64,000 nt of DNA from positions 1,432,736 through 1,496,735 of the forward strand of contig NW_004797314.1 of NCBI RefSeq assembly GCF_000002075.1, read 5' to 3'. The notes below the pieces were generated by a model. It did no database searches. It worked only from the letters and a program-made list of their open reading frames with translations, and was not told where the DNA came from. The translations under genes were made by a program, and so were the position numbers. Below are positions 52,901-62,800 of the stretch, in pieces; position 1 is the stretch's first letter; every line of letters begins with the position of its first letter. The DNA comes from Aplysia californica (lineage: Eukaryota).

Positions 52901-55900
52901 ATCAATTTTTTGTGAGACCACTTGTGAGGTCACGTAGCAGTCACAAATTATTTGTGTCCGCAGTCAAAATTAACTGCGGGCTGAATCAGTTAAGGTATTA
53001 ATTCAGCGTAAATATTGTTTCTCTACCTGTGTTATTCCTGATGGTACCAGCCGGGCAAGGCACCATGATGGTGGTGCCCTGGGGGCAATAATGGCCAAGG
53101 ATGCACTCTCCATTCAAGGTGTAGGTCATGTGGATGGATGGAGCTTGGCTGTCCGCACCACCCTCACAGAAGTAGCCAGCATCACAATCACCTGTAGGTA
53201 GTCATTTTATTTATCATAAGCAAAAAATAGGGAACATTGTAAGGGGTTGCACTTCGCTCTGCGGAAAAAAGTCAGATAGCTGTTCTCCATCCACCCCCCA
53301 CCCCCAGTATGGGTGTACATGATGCATGCATGTGTGTGTGCGTGATTGCATATGCAAGTATGCATGCACGCACGTGTGTATATTTATCTGTGATTGAGTT
53401 TTATTGAGTTTTTGTTCAGGGCGTGTCAATGCAATAACAACCATGTCTTGCAAAGGAGGAGATAAGGACAATAATGACACTGAAAATAAGTACAAGGAGC
53501 AAATCACCTACTTAACAATAAGCTTGTGAGTGAGTGAGCTCACTTATGCATGAGTATGTACATATGTGAGAAAGCACAAAAGTATTAAAACATGTACGTG
53601 TGCAAGTTTGTCTGATTACGTGTTCATGTATGAAACATAAAACAAAATATACTGTGACCACCTAGCCCTAACCTAATTATGACAACTTGTACATTAAAGC
53701 ACACCTGTAGGGAAACTGTTGCCAACGCCTTGACAGTACTGGCCGGTGGTGCAGTCCGTACACTGGGAGGCCAGGGACAGACCTGTGATGTTGTTGAATG
53801 TTCCAGCGGGGCACGGCACCAGCTGACCCTCAGGGCAATAGTAACCTGGTGGAAAAAGAACAAAACAATTCACAGTCAAGTGTCATTATAACGTGTCCTC
53901 TTTAGCAGAAAAAAATAGGTTTACTGATGCTATGATAAGCTTTAGTCCTGGTATTTTGTAGTTGTAGTATTCATCATTTCACCCTGTAGTTTTTATTCTT
54001 AGACTTAAAGCAAAGAAAAAGAAACATGGAAATGAAATGTATACTATATTCTAGAAAGCACATTTCTAAGACTTACCTCATACTGCAAATTTCTGTAACT
54101 TATTCCGTCTTTTAATAGAACCAAAGTTATGTCAGCAAACATAAAGCATCATTATAATGTCTTAAATATAATTGATACTCAAATGCTTGTACATATCACA
54201 AGACATATTTATATCTGTATATGTGTTCAATACTATGAATTTCAAATTTATAGAACAGAAAGCAATTATCAACTTCCAACTAGACGAAAAAAATAACCTA
54301 TCCTGCCTTACCAGACTGGCAGGGTTCAGCCATCGTCATGTTCATAGTGGGGCACATGTAACCAGCGGGGCAAATGGTACAGTTGTCCATGCCTTCGTAT
54401 GGCTGGTATGTGCTGATGGGACAGCCTTCCTCTATCAGAGCTCCCTCAATGCAGAAGTAGCCAGCAGGACATATGTAGCCTTCACTGGTGTTATTGGGCG
54501 TAGGTACGGTGCTGCCTCCAGTACAGACATAGCTGAGGACCAGAGACTCAAAGATTGAGTACAATATAACTTTCAAAACATGCATTGTTTATATACATCC
54601 TAAAAAACTGTCCAGTACAACAATACTCCAAAATTCTAAAATATAGAGTAAGAAACATGTTGATGAAGTAAGAATATAAAATAAACATTTAGATAATCGT
54701 TGATCAGATGCTACATAAAAACCATAAACCCACAAGTACATTATTAATTAAACAAAATCCTTAAGAAAGATAAAAATTACAGAAAGACAGAAATAATAAT
54801 GCATTATAGCCAAGCTGATAATTTCCTCAGGCTACTCTCCTTGAATTGCCTAATTTATTAAGAAATGTAATGCAACTGAACTTCAATCTCATGGATGTTG
54901 CACTCATATATTTTTTAGAAAATCCTAGAATCCTACTTCAAATAAACTTAATGCAGTCAGGCACGGAAAACTGAAACGTGTCAGGGATCAACAAACTTGT
55001 TTGACATTCATAATGCAGGTTATCCCATAACGAGAAATTAAAGAGATATCAGTTCGGGAATGACAAATTGTCTGAGCTATCAGTGATTTTGAGTTTCCCA
55101 TGTTCATGTTATCTGTACCCAAGTGTACCAAGTCATCACATACCCGGGTGAACACAGTGGAGCATCATCCACCTTGGTGAAGGCCTTGATGTTACAGTAG
55201 CGACCACGGGGACACGGCTCACAGCCATCGGGACTGGTCACTTCCCTCTCTGTGGAGAAAGTCCCTCTCGGGCATGGGATCGGGTAGCTTGTACCGTTGG
55301 TGCAGTAGTAGCCGATAGGACAGCGGTCGTTGCCAGTGAAAGTGGAGTTGTCGGTGGTGTTTACCTGTGAAAGAATGGAAAGGTAGTTGATGCAGATTTC
55401 ATGTGTGTGTGTATGTGTGTGTATGTGTGCGCGCACATGTATGTGAGTGCGTGCATATTTGTCTGTGCATGTTTGTGTGTGTATGTGCAGGTAATAGTAC
55501 TTATATATGTAAACACATGTAGGGGTGAGAACTATAAGACAGAGGGTTGAAAAAAAAATTATAATCATAAAAGTTCTTTATAGATTTTAGCAGACAGTAG
55601 CAGCTGCTTCACTGTTGGCTTACATTGTCAAAGACAGGAGTAGGAGAACTGGCTCCACCAGTACAGTAGAAGCCAGCCCAGCACTCGCCAGTGGGGCTGT
55701 CCAAGCCGTCCCGGTCACAGTAGTAGCCGGAGGTACAAGACGTGCAGTTGTCCACGGAGGAGTAGTACTCATCTGGGCCAAACGTTCCAGCAGGGCACGG
55801 GAATGACTGACCAGCTGTCGTCTTGGGTGGGCAGTAGTAGCCGGCTGGACAAGGGGTTGGGGTGGACACTGGACCTCCTGGAAGCAAAAACAATACCATG

Positions 55901-56258
55901 TGTGTCAGCAAATTTGTATTGGCATGTTACTGCTTTTTAAAAAATGCAGTAGCCAAGTGCACAATTAAATGAAGATTACCAAAATGATTGTCAAGTAAGT
56001 TAAGGTAAATAAGAACAAACTTAGTATAAGAAAAATTGCAAATATTGTACTTTCATTCACACCAGCTTTTTACTTTATGAAACGTTAACACATTCACCAT
56101 TACATTAGCCAGCTCATAAATATATAATTTGATTGTGAAAAGTCCAGCCATGAAATGACCTACGTCTTCAGTATCATGCCCTTTCTGTCATTGATATAAT
56201 GATCCATGAAATTTGACAGCAAAGATAACAAGATAATGAAACTTTTATTTTTACATGG

Positions 56259-56303
<45 letters not shown>

Positions 56304-56790
56304 GACACACACACACACACACATATGCAATCAAATGTTTCAATGATAGAGGCATGACTCTAAAAGAGAGCCCTATGGGCTAACAAAATCTGTTCCCTAG
56401 CTTTTGAAATTAATTTTTCATTCTGAATTCTAATCAGACGAACCAAGAGACAGTAGAATACTAAAAAAAACTACCAGTTTTTGATAGGAAATGTTCCTTC
56501 GTTAAAGAGCCCCATACCTTAAAAATTTGTACTTATATTTNNNNNNNNNNNNNNNNNNNNNNNNNNNNNNNNNNNNNNNNNNNNNNNNNNNNNNNNNNNN
56601 NNNNNNNNNNNNNNNNNNNNNNNNNNNNNNNNNNNNNNNNNNNNNNNNNNNNNNNNNNNNNNNNNNNNNNNNNNNNNNNNNNNNNNNNNNNNNNNNNNNN
56701 NNNNNNNNNNNNNNNNNNNNNNNNNTGTGTCAGTGTGTGTACATGTATGGGTGTGTATGTACACATGTGTGAGTGTACGTGTGTGAGTGT

Positions 56791-56860
<70 letters not shown>

Positions 56861-59800
56861 GTGTGTATGTGCTTTGATTAAAAGAAAACTGTTATCAGAT
56901 ATACTCCTGTAGAACAAAAACAAGAACATAAACCACATACATTACTTTCATGACAACATCACAGCGAAAAAATGAAACAAAGAATACGAGGTCAAGTCAG
57001 CAACAAAAGATTTGAGCTGAGACCTACAATAAACAAAAGGTTAGCTTAATTTTCAGCACAACAAAAGAAAGGTTGTTAGTAATTCCCTCCATTTAGGCCA
57101 CAAAATACACTCTCAGACTGAAAAAGATGCAGTCAATCTGAACAAGCAAAATAAATGTATTGACACATAAACATAAATTTTCAATAGGAAAAAAGATATA
57201 TCTATAAGCACCTTAAAAAGTTTGTGGGTTGGCACAGAAAAGCCCATAAGTTCCACAATCATTATTGAAATCCTTACCTATTTAAAGTCTTATCCAGCCA
57301 AATACAAGCACTTTACTTTTTACTTGAAGTCATATCCTTGTTTAAGTATAAAGTTCTAAAGTTTATGAGACATTACAAGTAACATTTCCCTTTGAACAAA
57401 AAAACAATTTAAAAACCAACTTATCTCTATGTCAACATAAACTTGCAAATTTTGATAGGCTTTTCTGTTCAATCACAAATTTTCTGAGTACATGATAGAC
57501 CTGTAAAAAATTCAATAAAAAAAAAAAAAACAAGAAACAAAAACAAAGCAAAGAGTACTTTCAAGAAAAGAGTAATACTTTCATTTGTTCTAGTTTCTTT
57601 CACAATATCAACACATGTGAAAATACTTTGTTAGAAAAATTTTAATGAAGAGAACCACAGACAATAAAGTTGTCCTTGCAATTTATACATGGTTGTTTCA
57701 CTAAGTACTAGGCAATTGATTACAGAATATATACCATCAGCCTGCTGTGAAAATAATATGTTAAGACCAGAATTTTTTTGGTCTAATTGCAGTTACTTAA
57801 CCTATGATATCAGTTACATGTGCTCAAGAAATATTTTGTGGAAATTCAAATTCTAAATGTTGAAAAAAGCAAGAGACAATATTTAATGTCGGTACATACA
57901 ATTGTTAAACAAACAAAACACTTTGTCTTTCTCCTGTAAAATTTTGCTTTCTTGGCTTAGTACATTTAACAATTTGCAAATGATATTAAACATTTTTACC
58001 CACCAGTATACCTCATGATGCCTCCTAAAAGAGCTGTTGTTTTCGGTTACTTTTTTCTGAATAAAAACCCTTTCCTGAAACCTTTTGCAATACAAAAAAA
58101 TCTTTTATTTGGCGAGTAAGTTTTGCTTGACAAAAATAAGGTGTGGCAACCAATATGGAACAAAAAAACATTTAACTTTGGATTCAAATTTTCAATTCTT
58201 TGTATTTTGTATTTCAATTTATAGATCTGAATTGCTTAAGGCATCAATTTAACAATCAACTCCACCTTGTCAAAGATGCCAAAGACCAAATTATGTCCAC
58301 AGAAAAACAATATATATAGATTTTAAAAAGAAAACAATGTAAATCTGGGGATTTGGGATGATAGGTCATTCCATGGAAACGAAAAAGAATTCTAATTGGA
58401 AAACGTACAAGAAAACCATACTTTTAAATCAAAAAGACACACCAAAATCACACTATTTTTGTTTTTACGCTAGAGCCTTACTGGACACATAAAAAGTCAT
58501 TTCGAAGATTGACACTCATCCCACTAGGTAACGGTAAAGAAGAAGAAAACAGGAAAGAAAGAGTGGCAAAGATGAAATACCAAAGAAAACATCAATAGCA
58601 TACGACTGAGTTCAGACGTGCAGGTGCTCAGTTTTTTCCTACCACATTCTACCAAAAGGAGGATTGCACCCTCTACTGGTGTACAATGGGTCTATCTAAA
58701 ATTCTGATCCCCTGAGGGACCAAGATCTAATTCTTTGTCAAACAGAAACAGCACAGACTAAAAACATAGAAAGTTTATAAGAATTCACTTCACTAAAAAG
58801 TATTTTATAACACCCTACGACTGAATCGTCTAACAAATACAACATAGTTTTAAATCCAAAGGAGTGTATGCTGTACCATACTTAGGACTTCAGTCTTGCA
58901 CGGAAGTCATATCAAGTTCGTTGGTGAGAGTGGGTTTCACTGCATTTTTTGCAAACCAGCTTAACTCTTTATCTCCGGCAAGCCGCTCCCAGTGGCTGGC
59001 AGTCGGAATCGCTTTGCCGGTGAGCCGCTGAAAGCGGCTCTGGCACATTACTTTAAGATTACTTTTCGGCAATTGCCAAAAACAGGTCTCTTTTACCGTA
59101 AGTTCATTCATTAGATGAAGAACTATCAAAATAGGTTTGCTAGTTCCGCTTTAATGACCCATTTAATGATGTTTTTGTCATTTTTAGATTTAGCACCAAA
59201 AAAGAGCCCCGGTGTAGTGGGTTCACCCCCCTCGGAGATAAAGAGTTAAATATATATTATATATATGAATATATATTGATGTAATAATCAGACAGCAACA
59301 ATATCATACACGAAAAGCGTATTAGTGATGTAAACAAATACAATAACTGTAAACAAAATGATGCTTGAACTCCTGATAAGTTCTCTTTGTTTTAGTAATG
59401 AATCAAGCAGCCATTAAAATACATTGCAATATGTGCATTTAACCAACCAAAATCCACGCCATCGTTCAACACCCAATTGCTATGGATCCACAGCATAACA
59501 ATAACTTCCACATGCTAGATGCAAAAATCCACATAGAAAGGAACGAAATGACCAAAACACTTATTGTGTGGGTTTTTACCATTTATGACTGTAACATTGG
59601 CTGAAGAGAAAAAATGGTTTTATTAAGGTTAAATTGATATGAGATGAGTAATTTGAAAAACCCCCCAAAATAATGATTTTAATGAGAGGTGAAAATAATC
59701 TAGTTTTAGACATGAAATAAGGAAGTTGTTAAACAATTAATAGCTCTTGCAAGTGCATATTTATTAACAAAGGTGAGAGGAAAAAGTAATCAGTATTATA

Positions 59801-62800
59801 GAAGGGTGGGTTCAAAGAATAGAGACCAAAACAAATCATGCATGAAAATTACAGAAATGTTGGGGTACAAAAAAGATGTGGAAAAATCCACAGTTAAAAT
59901 GAAAGGCATTTATTATGAGGAAGGTTTTACAGAAGAATTTCATGTCCATAGGATGTTTTTCAGAACGGTTAAAAGAAATTATCATCAACATATTATAGAG
60001 AATCAGTTTGGCAAGACTCCAAATAGTATGTTCCCATGAGGCATAAGCGTGTAAGTCAATGAAGGAACAGTCTACCAAATACAGGAAAACATTAAAGGGT
60101 GAGATGAAGTATTTCTGGTTTAACAAACAGTATTGAACAACAGTGTACCAGAAGACACAATCAAAATCTTCCAATCTCTAAAAACATTTTGCAGAAAAGC
60201 TATCAAATCCTTAGCTACTTCATCTTTAACTTTGGTGTCTAGTAGTAGTAGTTGTAATGTTCCATGCTTCATCTTTCTTACCTGCATTGGGATCACAGTA
60301 GTAGCCAGCTGAGCAGTCTACGCATGTGCTCTGTCCCTGGTTTGGCTGGTAGGTTCCGTTGAGACAAGATGTAGGGATGACCGCTCCTGCCTCACAGTAG
60401 TGACCGGCCCAGCACAGATAGGTTCCAGGTGTTGGTGTGTCTTGACCACCAGGACAGTAGTAGCCAGGGTCACAGAGGGCAGTAGGTACAGTGTTGCCCA
60501 GACCTATTTCATAGGACAAATAGTTAACAAATTGTATGAGAGACACTATAATATACGTATCTACTCACAATGTTGCACTACATGGATGCTCAGCTTTTAT
60601 AATGACCTATTTTTTTCCCCCTGTAGTAGAGCTCTTATAACTCACTAGTATCATCACATATTGTTGACTGTACATGTTAGTCCAGTCAAAAAGGTGTCAA
60701 CTCACAAGTGAAAGACTGAGTATCTGATTTCTTGCTGTTCCTGATTAAGACATAGCATTTATGGGAAAGGTTCTTTGCCTATCTGACCAAGTTTCTCCTA
60801 TGAGAAGAGACCAAAAATATCAAACAGAGCCTTGGAGATAAAAACAGAAAGTTGCAATGAACAAGCAACCAAAGTGAGTTGAAGCCATAAGACACTTCAG
60901 TGGAAAGGGACACAAGTCTACAATATATCTCTTCAACTTGAGAGAAAAGCTAAACAACAAACATTTTGACCTCCTACTTATGCAATATTAAATTCTTTTT
61001 GTTAAAACTACAAATAAAACCAATCTCACCTTGACAGTAAGATCCAGCGGTACAGTTGGTGCAGTCTCCCACACTCTGTCCCTGTGGGGAACCAGAGAAT
61101 GTTCCGGCAGGGCACGGCTCAGGTACACTGGTCCCGACTTCACAGTAGTAGCCCACGGGACACACCCACTGGTTGGCTGAGCTGCTGGTGCCGTTACAGT
61201 AGAAGCCACTGCTGCAGTTTCCTGTTATCATAAGTGAGTTTATTTTAGATGACAGAGCTGGAGGATGACCAAAAAGGAATCCAAAGATCATTAAGTGCTG
61301 AATGAGAGTAAGGGAGTCTCATATAGCCTGTATCATTAAGTATTGAGAGTGTAAAAGGATGAAGGACACAAGAATATTGAAGGTCTGGAGTCCAAGTTGT
61401 GTTTGTAAAAGTCACCTTGTTAAGGGAAGGTAGAAGAAAACCAGGTCTGCCTAGAACAACAACCCACAGCAAAAATTAATAATCAATCTCCATCCAATAA
61501 CAAAACATACCCTAGCATGGAAAGGAATACTATATTCTGGTATGAAAATGGGTAATATACATTACAATCAGCTCCACTGCTAGTTGCAAAACCTAATGTC
61601 GATTACCCCTGAGATCACAAATATTGTTTTCTCTACCAGAATTTACGTTAAGAGCCCAGAACTGTTTGTACATGGGAGTAGGCGCAATAAAAATTATCTA
61701 CATCATCATTATTATCAGTATTTTTTAAATCATTATTTTCACTATTTTCTTCATAACCAAGAGATAGTTTGACCCTGACAAAGGCAGCACCCACCTGTGG
61801 GAATGGCCAAGCCTGGAGTCTCACAGTACTGTCCAGGGTCGCAGGCTGTCGGTTTAGCAGAGCCTTGTGGGCAGTAGTAGCCGATGGGACACAAGCCACC
61901 ACTGGTCATTTGGAAGGCTGAACACACACAGTCCCACATCGGAGTGCATGTGTCGTTGGAGTACAGATCACTGGAATTTTGCAGTAAGTAATCAGATAAG
62001 AAGAGTGATGTATTTTTCGAAGCTCAAAGCACTTTCCTGTGTATTCTCTTATAAACATGTAGCTGCTGCCCTTGTTACTGTCCAATAGCTCATTACCTAA
62101 GTCCATTGTCATGAAGTAGACGTAGCATCACCAGGTGCACAATGATATAACTGATGGCTAAAGTGAAAATAAAACACTGGCTTAAACATCTCAATACGTT
62201 GACATTAGAAAACAAATTCAAGCAATCAGAATGTGAGCCACACTTTGGGCCTTCTACACTTCAACAAGTGAACCTGATATTGAGACTTGAACAAAATAGG
62301 TAAAGAAAGCTTAAGCACTTGTGTTGGAACAAAGCACAGGTGAATTCTGAGTTTGCAACAGAGATAAGGATATGCTTCTTTTAATATCACAATAAAACCT
62401 TCTTTCATTTGTCACATCATATAGCCAAAAGAGACTTTTCACATGTTTAAAACTACTCAAAATGACTTCTCTTCAAGACAAATTTACGAAAAGCCGTTGT
62501 CATCACCAAATAAGACTGTTAAAACTCCAAAAATGCAGACAAATTTATTTCCAAAAAGTAGAAAACTGACTTGCAATGTTGTAGTTCAATAGGGGTAAAA
62601 GAAAAGAAAAGAAATGTAATGTGTTCGTGCACACGATGCGAGTTCATTGTGAACACAGCAGAAAGTAAAGTTGTAACAATTGCTTCCTTCACATCTTTTC
62701 ATATGTTTATTCTGTACACAGTTGAAACAAAAGCTAATAAGAGTTGCCATTATCTCCACAAACTAACCTTGTTGTTCCATTGACTGTAGTGAGGTTTCCA

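Noticed and set aside
62097-62157. Exon-like AG...GT segment on the minus strand between v1 and v2
   Set aside because: Has a stop in the required phase; v1 joins v2 directly.
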